A program made the translations under genes and the position numbers. Source: an uncultured virus (IMG/VR IMGVR_UViG_3300036768_000388) (taxonomy: Duplodnaviria; Heunggongvirae; Uroviricota; Caudoviricetes). From it: a stretch of DNA of 59,850 nt. Every line of letters starts with the position of its first letter. The stretch's first letter is position 1. A model generated the notes under the pieces. That model ran no database searches. It had not been told where the DNA came from and was given only the letters and a program-made list of their open reading frames with translations. Shown here piece by piece: positions 38,618 to 49,137 of the stretch. Where the stretch lies: IMG/VR virus record IMGVR_UViG_3300036768_000388, positions 1 to 59,850 of that record. One strand, 5' to 3'.

Positions 38618-39107
38618 GTTTTAAAAAATCTGAACACATCTTAGCGGGTGTGACCATTGAGTAATTGTCATAGCCTGCGAATTTTCCACCTAGTTCATTG
38701 CAAAAATATTTATTTTCAGATTGCCAAGCATTTTCTTTAGGGAAATCTCTCTTTAAAGTCAAATGTAAAAAGAATCTCCAAGCAAAATAAGCAATTCCTG
38801 GCCAGTCATACTTCTTTCCCCAATAAGCTTTTACTTTTTCAAATACGGCTTGATGCTTCCAACTTTGACAACATTTAATCTTATAGCATTCTTCATTAAT
38901 TTTTAACCAATTCTCATAAGGAACAATCCTTACGCCAGTGTCTAGAGTGGATTCAAATACTAGAGGCTCTAATCCTTCTTCTTCAATTAGTATTGCCATA
39001 TGAGAAGGAACTTTAGCTAAATCTTTAACTAATAAACCACTAGCCCAAGCAATAATCTTTGAGCCAATCTTTTTATTCCTAGAAAATAAATAATATAAAT
39101 TTGCCAT
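38592..39107 (-). CDS. permuted papain-like NlpC/P60 (YiiX/YebB-like) enzyme
   Basis: SHMAI, ES, YDW, YFCNEL, TP motifs. Confidence 0.8.
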   Translation of the reverse strand: MANLYYLFSRNKKIGSKIIAWASGLLVKDLAKVPSHMAILIEEEGLEPLVFESTLDTGVRIVPYENWLKINEECYKIKCCQSWKHQAVFEKVKAYWGKKYDWPGIAYFAWRFFLHLTLKRDFPKENAWQSENKYFCNELGGKFAGYDNYSMVTPAKMCSDFLKLIPQKDQQ

Positions 39108-39116
39108 ATATAATTC

Positions 39117-39599
39117 CTACTCCCATCCATTTTGGGTCAAAAAATTAGATATTGCTGATATAACTTCATCAAGAATATCTGAATGATTAGGGTGCATTGG
39201 TTTAATCGCTGAACAAATTCCTCGGACTGTTTTTAATGCTCCCCCTTCTAATAATATTTTAATAGAAGCCATTTGAGAAGCTAATGTTGCAACATCTGCA
39301 GGAGTGCCTTCTCGAACTAATTTCAAGTTTCGAGCACCAATTTTGTCTACAGCAATAGGTAAAAGTTTTTCACCAAATTTTCTTTGAGCTGTTTGTTGGA
39401 ATAAATCTTTTTCTTCTGTATTAAGTCCTACAGGAGGAACGAGCTTATTGCCTTGAAGAATCCAATTAATTCCTGGTTCAGGGATTAGGTCTTCAATGTC
39501 AACAATCATTTTAGATCGAGCAATCTCTCTAATTTCATCTTCTTCAACATTAATAATTTCTGCAACTTTATTATCAATTAAAATAGCATACTTCCTCAT
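39117..39599 (-). CDS. putative fibre assembly chaperone
   Basis: YAILID..V..II, P.PGINW; follows the fibre genes. Confidence 0.5.
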   Translation of the reverse strand: MRKYAILIDNKVAEIINVEEDEIREIARSKMIVDIEDLIPEPGINWILQGNKLVPPVGLNTEEKDLFQQTAQRKFGEKLLPIAVDKIGARNLKLVREGTPADVATLASQMASIKILLEGGALKTVRGICSAIKPMHPNHSDILDEVISAISNFLTQNGWE

Positions 39600-39601
39600 A
39601 A

Positions 39602-40150
39602 TTACTCATCCTTTTTGGTTACAGCTAGGAATTCAACTTCTTCTTTTAATCTGAAGAAGCTGTCATAAATTCCTAAGTGGTTTAGGTATATCTTGCTGAC
39701 AAAAGACTGTCCTAATCTTGTGATTGTTGCTTCAACCATAATAGTTCTTTCGCCATCCAACTCATTAGATAGTCCAAGGTTGGCTTGAGTAGGAGCAGCG
39801 ATCCACCTTTTGTTCACTAGAGTTCCATTAACTGTATGAACTAGCGTTTGATTCCAATTATTTGTTATATCTAGAAAATAAATCTTAAAAACACAAGAAC
39901 TTGAAGCCAATGTTTGTTCTGATTTATCTTGTAATGTAGCTACTATCTGAATACCATCAAAAGTTTGGGTATTAAATTTAGCCCAAAGCTTAACCTTTTG
40001 AGAATCAGGATTAAAGGCTCTATGTTTTTTAGTGAATAAGATAGAATTATAATCAGCACTCATAGTGATTACTAATTTTCTACCAGTTCTTAATTTTAAT
40101 GGCTGGCAGTATTTACTATTAATTGTAGATTTAATCCTTCTTGATGCCAT
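39602..40150 (-). CDS. putative virion protein
   Basis: inside the structural operon; beta-rich. Confidence 0.55.
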   Translation of the reverse strand: MASRRIKSTINSKYCQPLKLRTGRKLVITMSADYNSILFTKKHRAFNPDSQKVKLWAKFNTQTFDGIQIVATLQDKSEQTLASSSCVFKIYFLDITNNWNQTLVHTVNGTLVNKRWIAAPTQANLGLSNELDGERTIMVEATITRLGQSFVSKIYLNHLGIYDSFFRLKEEVEFLAVTKKDE

Positions 40151-40152
40151 AC

Positions 40153-40575
40153 TTATCCATTATAAAAATGTGATTGTAATTTAAGTACCCAATCATTTTT
40201 AATTTTTTGAGTTATAAGAGGGTTTGTTAAAGCCATTAATTTTAAAACAGCTAATTCAAAACTCAAAGTATTAATGTCATCAAGGATTAATTTTAGTTCA
40301 GGATCTTGGGTTAATGCCACTAAATTAGGAACAGTCCATACTCCTGCTCGAACACGAGCCATATTTTCTGTAGCCATTTCAGCAATAATTTTGTCCTTAA
40401 CAGCAGCTCTCTTCATATATTTTTCGTAATCTTTTTCAGTTTGAGTCTTAAAAGTTTGAGCTACAATTCCGTCAAATTCATTTCTCAAACTTTGCTTATC
40501 TCCTTCAGATAAATTAGATATTGCAACTTCTAATTGCTCTCTGGTTTTGATAAAAATACCATTCCAATTAATCAT
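40153..40575 (-). CDS. hypothetical or chaperone-like protein
   Basis: coupled to the upstream fibre gene. Confidence 0.55.
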   Translation of the reverse strand: MINWNGIFIKTREQLEVAISNLSEGDKQSLRNEFDGIVAQTFKTQTEKDYEKYMKRAAVKDKIIAEMATENMARVRAGVWTVPNLVALTQDPELKLILDDINTLSFELAVLKLMALTNPLITQKIKNDWVLKLQSHFYNG

Positions 40576-41204
40576 TAGGCCACCTTCTTTAAGAAAAATA
40601 AGGATCCAAGACGAATGCTTACAGAGGTTCCAGTTTCAGATCTGAATTGAACGGCAACAGTTCCAGCAGTAGTTACGGTTAGATATCCGCTTCCTTTAAC
40701 TAGAAAATTTGTATTTGCAGCATTTACAGATGCAGAAACTACGTTGTCTGTAGCTGTAATCTGATCATATTGAAAATCCTTAGCAGTTCCAGCAGCTGCT
40801 TGAGAAATATACCACTTAGCTAAGACAGCACTTAAAGCTGCAGTACCAGCTCCTACACGAACACCAACTCCAGTAGTAGTAGCAGTAGATTGACAAATAG
40901 CAAAGACATCGAATTTATAAGTCCCTATAGGCAGACTTACAGAAGTTAATTCAGTCACATTTGCATAGGTTGTAGAGGTACTATTTTGATTTGTAGTTGT
41001 TATTCTATATACATATTCAAAGAAAGATAGGGGGGTGATTTGACTCCAACCAGTTGTAGCTACAGTTGTTTTTAAAAATAAGAAGGACCCATCAGTTACT
41101 ATTGCTAGTGAACCTATTGGGGCATCAACTCCTGAAGTAGCTGGTGAAGCATCTACTTCGTGAATCTCAATTTCATTTAAGGTAATAACGCCTAAACTAG
41201 CCAA
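40575..41204 (-). CDS. short fibre protein
   Basis: N-terminal P..G..APIGS....LK....GW block shared with 41206-42912; Thr-rich beta C-terminus. Confidence 0.65.
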   Translation of the reverse strand: MASLGVITLNEIEIHEVDASPATSGVDAPIGSLAIVTDGSFLFLKTTVATTGWSQITPLSFFEYVYRITTTNQNSTSTTYANVTELTSVSLPIGTYKFDVFAICQSTATTTGVGVRVGAGTAALSAVLAKWYISQAAAGTAKDFQYDQITATDNVVSASVNAANTNFLVKGSGYLTVTTAGTVAVQFRSETGTSVSIRLGSLFFLKKVA

Positions 41205-41205
41205 G

Positions 41206-42912
41206 CTATCTCATCCTATTTAAGACTATTTTCCAAGTAATATCTGCACCTGCAACACCAGTTACTCGAATGTCAACAGATGTTCCATTGACTATTGGGG
41301 TAATTGTAGCAGCACTTATTGCAGCATCTTCAGAAGTATAATCTGTTTGCACTGTTAATATTGAAACTGTACCTGCATTATTTTTTACACGAATTGTTCT
41401 TTCATAAGCTACGGACTCATTAGCACCATTTGTTCTCAATCCTGTTACCATGACTTTTAATAATTCCACCGAATTTGTAGAAGTAGTAACAGAAGCAATT
41501 ACAGTATTTACTGCACCACTAGTTGTTGTGCTATTTGCACTAATATTAAATTTGACATTGTTCTCTTGTAAATGTAATAATGATTCTGGGGTATTGTTTC
41601 CAATACCTAATCTAGTATTTGCTTCATCAAACGCAGAATTTGAACCTAGATTAATTTTACCTTTAGTAGCATTGCTTGTTGAAGATAAATTTAAATTATT
41701 AGAAGCTGCATTACCACCGTTAAGAGTTTGACCCCCTGCTCTACCTGCTAATAAAGTATATTGAGTGTGATCGTCATCCAATAGCCCTGGCAATGTTCCG
41801 TGATCAAGATCAGAAATTTGAGAAGAAGTAATACTAATAGGAGTATTAGCTGCACTAGTAATTTGACCTTGAGCATTAACAGTAATTGTAGGTACAGATC
41901 CAGCTAATCCATAAGAGTTAGCTGTTACACCTGTATTAGAAATTGCTATTGAAGGATTTCCAGCAACACCGTCTCCATTGGTTATAGAAATTCCTGTACT
42001 AGCTTGGATACTTCTAGAAACAAATGTATCTAAGGCTGTTTGTACTAAGATCCCGTTGGAATTAAATGCTGCTAAAGCTGCTAATGTAGGATCTGCAGCT
42101 TGTTTTTCAGAATCTAATTCATTAATTGCTGCCTGAACATTTGTTGCAGAAATATTTCCTGCAGGAGTATTAGTTATTTGAGAAGCATTATAGTCACCGC
42201 TTTGAGCAGTTACAGCTCCAGACCGTCCAAAAACAGAAGTTACATCTGAAGGAGATATTTCAATATAAATTGAACCAGACCAACGATAAGTCTTATTATT
42301 ATCTAATGTTACATAGATCTTTCCATTTTCACCAGTAACAGGTAACGAAGCAAAATTTGCGTATTCTTCAACATCATCTACGAAACTAGGTAGTTGCGCA
42401 GAAGGAACCTTACCATTAGAATCTAGTGTTGCTAAACCATTAGGTTGGGCTTTTTGGGCTGTGATTCTAGCATCAGCTGCACTATTAAAATCTGAAACCT
42501 GAGAAGCTGTAATACTAATAGGAGTATTAGCTGCACTAGTAATTCTTCCTTTTGCGTCAACAGTAATTGTAGGCACAGATCCAGCTAATCCATAAGAGTT
42601 AGCTGTTACACCTGTGTTTGTTAAATCTGCTGTGATCTGATTAGCAACATCATTATAAGAAAGATTAATATTTGAAGTGTTCGCAAGTGCAGCACCAATA
42701 GCATCTTGAATATCCTCAGTAGTTGTTGTTGCTAAGACAGTCCAAGCCGTATCTGCTGTTCCACTCTTAATATAAGCAGTAGCTGTAGTCCCATCTTCAA
42801 AAATAGCCATTGATCCTAATGGAGCAACTGTACCTAAAGCTGCAGAAGGATCTGCATCAACCTCTAAAAATTGTTTATTATTTAATGTAATTAAACCGGT
42901 TACATTTGCCAT
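41206..42912 (-). CDS. long fibre protein
   Basis: GVTA.SY....TV...G.IT repeats, GLATLDSNGKVPSAQLP, VTSVFGRSGAV, NVQAAI.EL motifs. Confidence 0.8.
   Translation of the reverse strand: MANVTGLITLNNKQFLEVDADPSAALGTVAPLGSMAIFEDGTTATAYIKSGTADTAWTVLATTTTEDIQDAIGAALANTSNINLSYNDVANQITADLTNTGVTANSYGLAGSVPTITVDAKGRITSAANTPISITASQVSDFNSAADARITAQKAQPNGLATLDSNGKVPSAQLPSFVDDVEEYANFASLPVTGENGKIYVTLDNNKTYRWSGSIYIEISPSDVTSVFGRSGAVTAQSGDYNASQITNTPAGNISATNVQAAINELDSEKQAADPTLAALAAFNSNGILVQTALDTFVSRSIQASTGISITNGDGVAGNPSIAISNTGVTANSYGLAGSVPTITVNAQGQITSAANTPISITSSQISDLDHGTLPGLLDDDHTQYTLLAGRAGGQTLNGGNAASNNLNLSSTSNATKGKINLGSNSAFDEANTRLGIGNNTPESLLHLQENNVKFNISANSTTTSGAVNTVIASVTTSTNSVELLKVMVTGLRTNGANESVAYERTIRVKNNAGTVSILTVQTDYTSEDAAISAATITPIVNGTSVDIRVTGVAGADITWKIVLNRMR
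41828..42615 (-). repeat. two near-identical 107-bp direct repeats (41828-41934 and 42509-42615)
   Basis: identical blocks flanking a short divergent core. Confidence 0.85.
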
Positions 42913-42913
42913 C

Positions 42914-43357
42914 TTACTCTCCTAATCTTTCGATCTCAACAGAACCCATCCATTTTGTTAGGTTATTGGTTGCGCCTCTTACTTGTAATTTTACTACGTT
43001 TCCATCGGGGAATAATCTTGCATTAAAGCTATCATTGGACTTACTTGAAAAATCACTCTGCTCTATTTTTACTGCCTGAACATTCCCCAAATCTTTATAA
43101 AAAACAGAAGTCCTCTTTAATCCTGCTCTATTATTGTTTTCTTTACCTATAATTGAGAAGGTCATCATAACTGTTGAATTATTTTCTAATTCATATTCAT
43201 AAATTGTTTCCCAATTAGTAGAAGAAAATTCCCCACTAATTAAGGTAAATCTTTCAATAAATTCGTTCAAAGCATTTAGAATCTCATCAGCATCTTCGAT
43301 ATTATGAAGACGCTGTCTGAATCTCTGTCTTGCTCTTAAAGAAATTGGAACCCCCAT
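42914..43357 (-). CDS. virion protein resembling the C-terminal domain of the long fibre
   Basis: RT......G.V.......D.SS....G..V..(R/Q)V.G......W pattern shared. Confidence 0.55.
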   Translation of the reverse strand: MGVPISLRARQRFRQRLHNIEDADEILNALNEFIERFTLISGEFSSTNWETIYEYELENNSTVMMTFSIIGKENNNRAGLKRTSVFYKDLGNVQAVKIEQSDFSSKSNDSFNARLFPDGNVVKLQVRGATNNLTKWMGSVEIERLGE

Positions 43358-43743
43358 TATTCACCTAATGTGATAGCTACCACACCCTTTCTTACATGTG
43401 AGTCCGCAATTACTGTGATTTCTACCGTATAATGCGTTAAATCCTGGATAGCATCTGCTAATACCGGAGACATGTAATAAAAACCGTTCACGTCTGCCGC
43501 TATTCCGGATTCTGTGATACCGATCGTCACCCCATTTTGGTCTCTAATCACGAAAGATAGCGTTCCTAAACTTGAAGTCATTTGTTGACCATCTTTTGTC
43601 ATCCAGAAAGTCCCCTGAAGCTGATTACTAGCGTTGATAGAGAAGATAGCTCTCGGCTCATAGGTAGGGTTAGCTATCAATGGAATCGCAGGCCCTACTG
43701 GAGTAAAAAGAAAGTTATTATTGACCAGAAAGTTCAAAGCCAT
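43357..43743 (-). CDS. putative virion protein
   Basis: operon position; beta-rich. Confidence 0.55.
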   Translation of the reverse strand: MALNFLVNNNFLFTPVGPAIPLIANPTYEPRAIFSINASNQLQGTFWMTKDGQQMTSSLGTLSFVIRDQNGVTIGITESGIAADVNGFYYMSPVLADAIQDLTHYTVEITVIADSHVRKGVVAITLGE

Positions 43744-43744
43744 C

Positions 43745-45802
43745 TTATGCCTCCTGAATCACTGGTCTTAGTTCTTGTGCGGGTAACGAGTTGTTAGTGT
43801 ATCTCAAAAGTGTTCCAACCGTATTTGGGATGGTTCCAAGAGTTAGCCAATTTGCTCCGTTATCTATAGAGTATTCAAAGAACGAGCTGTTTGCCACAGT
43901 TGTGTGGTTGGCAACGAGCGTATCGCTTAAATCTCTTACTGTGTGTCGAAGATTTGGGACCGACCCGCTGTAAGCCTTCTTCAACCTGTAAACAACCTGA
44001 TTGGTTGCAGGGTTGGTATCGTCATGGTTGTATTCCCAATTTGAAGAGATCTCATTGAGATCTTGAAGACCTAAAATGAATTCATATATCTGAGCTGGAA
44101 TCGAAGCACCAAGTCTAAGCGTGTCGAAAAGAATCTTGAACTGAACCTGAGTCCCAGAAGTAAAAGCTGATAGATCTTCTGCCAATGGCAAAGACACCCA
44201 TCCTCCTGAGATAACTCCAAAACCTGAAGTTCTATAATAAACTTTTAAGTCGCCAGTAGACTCAAGATATTTGTTTAGGGTTGTTATAAACTTATAAATG
44301 CTAGCAGGGGTATCTAAAACTTTTGTCACGATAAACGAATAATCAAACCTAGCATCGCTTCTCAAATCTGTTAGAAAGACTCCTCTTTGACCTGCGATGT
44401 TTACTGAGCCTAGTGTTGCTAACCATCCTCCTTGTTCAAGGCTAATTCCATTTATAGCGTTCATCTGATACTCGACGATATCGTTGGTAAAACCCTCAAA
44501 ATATTTATTAGTGTTCCCGCCAAAGATAGCGTCGATAGAGTTGTTAACAACCTGCTTCATTACGAATACGTTTGAATGAGTTATGTAGATGGCCCGATCT
44601 AGGGCTGTAGACCATGCGGTAAATACTGCCGAAGGAGCTACTATCTGGTTCGGAGCCCCAAGAAGATTTGAGGTTACAAGACTAGGCCAAATAGTAATGC
44701 CTGCGGTCAGATCAGAGATTCGGCCAAGATAAAGATTTGACGTTGTTGCAAAAAACACGCAATCCTGTCCGGCGTTGGAGGTGTGCCCAGGAACCGCAAA
44801 ATACTCATTGTCATTGCCTAACAGTGTGCCGGTTAACACAGGAAGATTTCCTGTTTTGAAAAGCCAGTTCGAACCAGTGGTGCCAAAGGCTCGGCCAACC
44901 TGTCCGGCAGAGATGTCAGTCGTAAAGTTTAAGACAGCTCCGCCTGATGTCGCCGAGATCTGATAGCTGACTCCAGCGACAGGATTTCTCACAAAGTAGG
45001 TAGTCCCTGCAGTTATACCGGCACCACCGGTGATAGAGGTAAAAACAATGGGATCATTGTCTAAGAAAGTATGGCCAGCATGTGAGATGATGTCTGTAGC
45101 GGCTACCCCTGTTACTGGGGCGGTAGAGTAGGTGGGCGTAGCTATCGCGTCGTAGACGTAGTATTGGTGTGTTGCGGACACTCCGTTATGTGCATATATT
45201 CTATTTTGAGTTTTATCCAAGATAAAACCCACAGTAGTTGTTTGAAGCTGACCTACTCCAATAGACGCCGGATCTTGCAAAAAATATACTGCTTTTTGAT
45301 TGGTGCCTGTAGCGAAAGGGATAGTAGGAAATCCAAGTGGTGCGAAGTCTGTAAGGTTTATATTATTCACCATGTATAAACCTCCGTTGATCAGTATAGA
45401 TCCTGTTGTAGCTAAGAAAATCTTCCATCCTGTGTTTCCATTATCAATAACTTTCAGTCCTCTATATGTGTGGGTAGTGGCGGCAACATCGGCTACTGCA
45501 AATTGAATTCTTCCTATGTATGCCAATGAGCCCGTAGTAAAATCAATAGTGTGCAGAAAGCACTGTATAAGTCCGCCAGTTTCTGTGTTTATAGTGAAAA
45601 TCCTACCGTTGTCAGATATGAAAACATTTATAGCAGTCTGGCCTACGGTGTCAGTAATAATATCAATAAACTTATTGAGCGAGGGTCCTAAACAACTTTT
45701 TCCACTTAAGGTTTTTTGAAGAATTCTACCTTGAATAGTGGTCCTAGTTTGATCATAGGTCCCTCCTACTGAAGCTAATAAGTCCGCATTAATAAATTTC
45801 AT
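43745..45802 (-). CDS. large virion structural protein
   Basis: Gly/Thr-rich; H.F..ND.I.F...G...GTTYFV module; GGAG RBS before ATG 45802. Confidence 0.65.
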   Translation of the reverse strand: MKFINADLLASVGGTYDQTRTTIQGRILQKTLSGKSCLGPSLNKFIDIITDTVGQTAINVFISDNGRIFTINTETGGLIQCFLHTIDFTTGSLAYIGRIQFAVADVAATTHTYRGLKVIDNGNTGWKIFLATTGSILINGGLYMVNNINLTDFAPLGFPTIPFATGTNQKAVYFLQDPASIGVGQLQTTTVGFILDKTQNRIYAHNGVSATHQYYVYDAIATPTYSTAPVTGVAATDIISHAGHTFLDNDPIVFTSITGGAGITAGTTYFVRNPVAGVSYQISATSGGAVLNFTTDISAGQVGRAFGTTGSNWLFKTGNLPVLTGTLLGNDNEYFAVPGHTSNAGQDCVFFATTSNLYLGRISDLTAGITIWPSLVTSNLLGAPNQIVAPSAVFTAWSTALDRAIYITHSNVFVMKQVVNNSIDAIFGGNTNKYFEGFTNDIVEYQMNAINGISLEQGGWLATLGSVNIAGQRGVFLTDLRSDARFDYSFIVTKVLDTPASIYKFITTLNKYLESTGDLKVYYRTSGFGVISGGWVSLPLAEDLSAFTSGTQVQFKILFDTLRLGASIPAQIYEFILGLQDLNEISSNWEYNHDDTNPATNQVVYRLKKAYSGSVPNLRHTVRDLSDTLVANHTTVANSSFFEYSIDNGANWLTLGTIPNTVGTLLRYTNNSLPAQELRPVIQEA

Positions 45803-45810
45803 CTTCTCTC

Positions 45811-46818
45811 CTATATAATCGACCAAGGTGCATTGGTTCTTCTATATCTTGTTCCATCGAGTATGTAATTAAAATCTCTTCTAACTGTAAATCCTGGAAA
45901 TTTAGCACTTGTCCATTCAATTCTAATTATTCTTTGATTTTTAGTACCAAAATCCGCATAAGTATAAGTTGGATCAACATCATCTGATGCTAAAATCATT
46001 TGCCTTAAATTATTTACAAATACATGTTGAGTTCCAGAAGGAGTTCCGTCTTCTGTACCTATACTTAATCCACTATTTGATTGTAATTGAGTTAAGATTG
46101 ATGTTAACAATATTTGAGTAGCATCATCATCAACCTTTAAAGTTCCATTAAGTAGTTGTGTTAAAATAGAAGTAAGAAGAACTTGAGCGTCTGTATCTTT
46201 AACGGAAACTTTTCCATTAGAGTCAACTTGAGCTTTATTAGCACCATCACTAATCCCTACTCTAAGATCTAATTCTGAATCTACTCTAAGGGAATGCTTA
46301 ATTCCGGTTTTAGTACCATCTTCAGATCCAGTAGCATTAATAGAGTCAGGAGTAGTTGGATCATATCCGTTGGCCTCAATTTGAATATCACCAATATTTA
46401 CAGATGCATTAACAGGTAAGGGATTTTCATTGTCATAACGTCTACCGTATTTATCTACTAATACTGTTCTTTGAGCAACTGTAGGTTCTTCTTCGTAAAC
46501 TGCTCTAGTGAACTCTTCAAGAGGTACAGATGGTCTTTTTTGCTCATTTGCAGCAATAAAGCAATTTTTAGCTAATGTGTAAGCAGACAGATCAGATCTA
46601 GCATCTATATTTCCCTTTTTAGGACCTATAGCAATTTGTGTCGGTGATATTACTCTTTTGACTTCTATATCATTTAGATTAGGTAAGGTATTTCCACCAA
46701 TATACACTTCTTGCTTTACTTTAAACAAGCTTGCATCTGGAACTACTAATATTCCATCGACAGACCCATCAGCCAATATATACTGATTAGGGACTGCGAT
46801 AAAGCGTTTCTCTAACAT
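45811..46818 (-). CDS. putative virion protein
   Basis: NPLPV motif, duplicated Q.LLTSILTQL. Confidence 0.6.
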   Translation of the reverse strand: MLEKRFIAVPNQYILADGSVDGILVVPDASLFKVKQEVYIGGNTLPNLNDIEVKRVISPTQIAIGPKKGNIDARSDLSAYTLAKNCFIAANEQKRPSVPLEEFTRAVYEEEPTVAQRTVLVDKYGRRYDNENPLPVNASVNIGDIQIEANGYDPTTPDSINATGSEDGTKTGIKHSLRVDSELDLRVGISDGANKAQVDSNGKVSVKDTDAQVLLTSILTQLLNGTLKVDDDATQILLTSILTQLQSNSGLSIGTEDGTPSGTQHVFVNNLRQMILASDDVDPTYTYADFGTKNQRIIRIEWTSAKFPGFTVRRDFNYILDGTRYRRTNAPWSII

Positions 46819-46882
46819 AATTTCCTTACCTAACCAAACACCTATGACCCTTCATAGGCTTTCGTATCTCTATTTTATCAGA

Positions 46883-48082
46883 TTAATAACCTGACGAACC
46901 ATCGTCACGGTCAGTAATCTTTATACTATTCCAATAAGCTATCTCATCCTCTTCAGATGCGAAACGTTGGCTAATTGGCTTAGTAGCTTCCACTAACCAA
47001 TTATTAATACAATTATTCCATTGGTTTTCTGCCTTTTTAGCCATCTCTTCGTTAACAACTAAGTGACCAAACATTTGCTCGTCAGTTGGTTGTGGTGGGG
47101 GAGGGGCCATCATAGTTTGAACTACTGGGTGAGCATCTTTACCAAGCATTTGCTTACTCATCATTAAGTTGGCTAACTGATTAGCCGCAGCCAATTCACC
47201 AGAATGTGCCGTAGCTTTAGCCAATCTAAGTATCTCTTCTTCTGCAGAAGGTATTTGATTATGGCTTACCCAAGCTGTTTTAGTGAGGCCTCGCTTTTTA
47301 TTCTCTTCTGCAATCTCTTCTGGAGACCAGATTTTAACAGGTTGCTTCTTATTAGCAGCACGTTGAATTCTTGCCGTTAAGTCTGCAGACTGCTTTGCAC
47401 TCATTTGCCCTGGTTTAGAGCTATAAGACTTCACATTAACATTTGGTCCGACACCACGAGTTTCACCAGTATTGTTCATTTTTCTTCTAGCATTATCTGC
47501 AAGAGAATATTGCCCTGCACCTTTAGGACCATAGTTTGACTTATTTACACAAGTGTCGCAATCCTCTTCTCCGCAGTCGCACTCTTCTTTTTTCATACCA
47601 GTTAATCCACCATAACCAACTTCACTAAGCAGTTTATTAGGACCACCTGTAAGGGTTTTAGGTCCAGTTTGAGGTTCTGGTGCAACTGGAGCAGTATTTG
47701 TGGGTGTCGCTGGTTTCTGATTTTGAGGATTTTTCATTTGATCTATAGTGATAGGTTGAAGACCTAATTCAGCTCTTCTTCTATTTCTATCAACTAACTT
47801 AGATTTAGCTCTTTGCTCCCAAAGCATCTTAGTGTGCGCATCAGCTTTATTTAAGCCAGAAATATCCTCTAAAGATTTAATAAGTTTATCGGCTAGATCG
47901 TTAGCTTTATCTTTAGGCTTATAGAAGTATCTAGTCGATAAAGTACTTTTCTTTAAATCTTCTACTAGACCTTTAGATGAGAAGCTTTTAGTTAACTGTT
48001 GAACCATCTCTATGGGAGTTTGAGGTGGGATAATTACTTCAACTTCATCTTCACTAATTTGTGTAAATTGTATCCTACTCAT
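46883..48082 (-). CDS. putative internal head protein
   Basis: many [LMV]xK[SA]-type sites; low complexity. Confidence 0.55.
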   Translation of the reverse strand: MSRIQFTQISEDEVEVIIPPQTPIEMVQQLTKSFSSKGLVEDLKKSTLSTRYFYKPKDKANDLADKLIKSLEDISGLNKADAHTKMLWEQRAKSKLVDRNRRRAELGLQPITIDQMKNPQNQKPATPTNTAPVAPEPQTGPKTLTGGPNKLLSEVGYGGLTGMKKEECDCGEEDCDTCVNKSNYGPKGAGQYSLADNARRKMNNTGETRGVGPNVNVKSYSSKPGQMSAKQSADLTARIQRAANKKQPVKIWSPEEIAEENKKRGLTKTAWVSHNQIPSAEEEILRLAKATAHSGELAAANQLANLMMSKQMLGKDAHPVVQTMMAPPPPQPTDEQMFGHLVVNEEMAKKAENQWNNCINNWLVEATKPISQRFASEEDEIAYWNSIKITDRDDGSSGY

Positions 48083-49127
48083 TATCTTCCTCTTCTAAAC
48101 CTAGATCTAAATCAAAGTATTTTTTTAATGGCTTTCTAGCATGCTTTTGCTCTGGCTTTTCAGACACCTTATCTTTTAATTTTTTCTTAGCAATTTCTTC
48201 AGCATGCTTTAGTTTAAGTTCCATTTCTTTTTTCTTAAACTCAAGTTCCATTTGAATTAACTGTTTCTTTTGTTCTAACATTAACTTACGTTCTTCAACA
48301 TCCATCTCAGCCATCTGTTTTTGAACTTCTGTGTTAGGCATCTGAGCTAATGCAGATTGATACTGTAAATCTAGCATTCTCCTTTGATGCTCCTTATCAG
48401 AACCATATGGTGATGATGCTTTAGCATTCTCGTACTCAAGGTCTAACATTCTCTTCTTGTGAGTCTTCTCTGTCTCAGGATCTGGGGACATCATTTGGGC
48501 ATGTTGAAACTCTAAATCTTTCATGCGTTGAGCATGTTGTCTTTCTAACTCCATTACAGCTTTTTTGTGCTCAATATCTGCTTGACCCATTTGCTTAGCA
48601 TTATCTACATTAACATCTGACATAGCGTAAGTAGCATGAGCTTTAGCTTCCTTAGTTTGATCAAACTCTGGTGAGTGATGACCATACATAATATAAGCAA
48701 TCTCAGGATCTGAGTATCCTTCATCTTTTAAAGCTTGAATTATTTTCTCATCTTCTTCAGATAAGTCTTGCTCACCTTCATCCGACACTACTTCGTCGCC
48801 TCGCTCTTCTGGCTGTTCATCTAAAGCTGTTTCATCAATCTGATCTCCATCATCTTGCGTTTCTGGTTGAGAAATATCATCATCTTGAAGATTATCATCC
48901 CCTTCAAAATCTTCCACTTCTGGTTTTTCTTGAGGTTCTTCAGGCTCTTCTTGGGGAGGGTTAGTAGCTTCTGTAAGATCCATAATAGAGTTAAGATTGT
49001 TTAAACCCTTCTTAAGATCTTTCCACTTATCTTTAAGTTTCTTTTTTGGATCTTTTTTAAGTGGCTCTTTACCTTCAACAATCTCTTGTTTTCCGTCTTC
49101 TGTAATTTCAATCATGTCATCAGCCAT
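48075..49127 (-). CDS. acidic coiled-coil putative internal head protein
   Basis: H..RM.DL.(Y/F)..A repeats; likely start ATG 49127. Confidence 0.55.
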   Translation of the reverse strand: MADDMIEITEDGKQEIVEGKEPLKKDPKKKLKDKWKDLKKGLNNLNSIMDLTEATNPPQEEPEEPQEKPEVEDFEGDDNLQDDDISQPETQDDGDQIDETALDEQPEERGDEVVSDEGEQDLSEEDEKIIQALKDEGYSDPEIAYIMYGHHSPEFDQTKEAKAHATYAMSDVNVDNAKQMGQADIEHKKAVMELERQHAQRMKDLEFQHAQMMSPDPETEKTHKKRMLDLEYENAKASSPYGSDKEHQRRMLDLQYQSALAQMPNTEVQKQMAEMDVEERKLMLEQKKQLIQMELEFKKKEMELKLKHAEEIAKKKLKDKVSEKPEQKHARKPLKKYFDLDLGLEEEDNE

Positions 49128-49137
49128 GTTATCCACC

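Noticed and set aside
41828-42615. DGR template/variable repeat pair in the fibre gene
   Set aside because: Both copies are internal and coding, differences are not confined to adenines, and there is no reverse transcriptase in the window.
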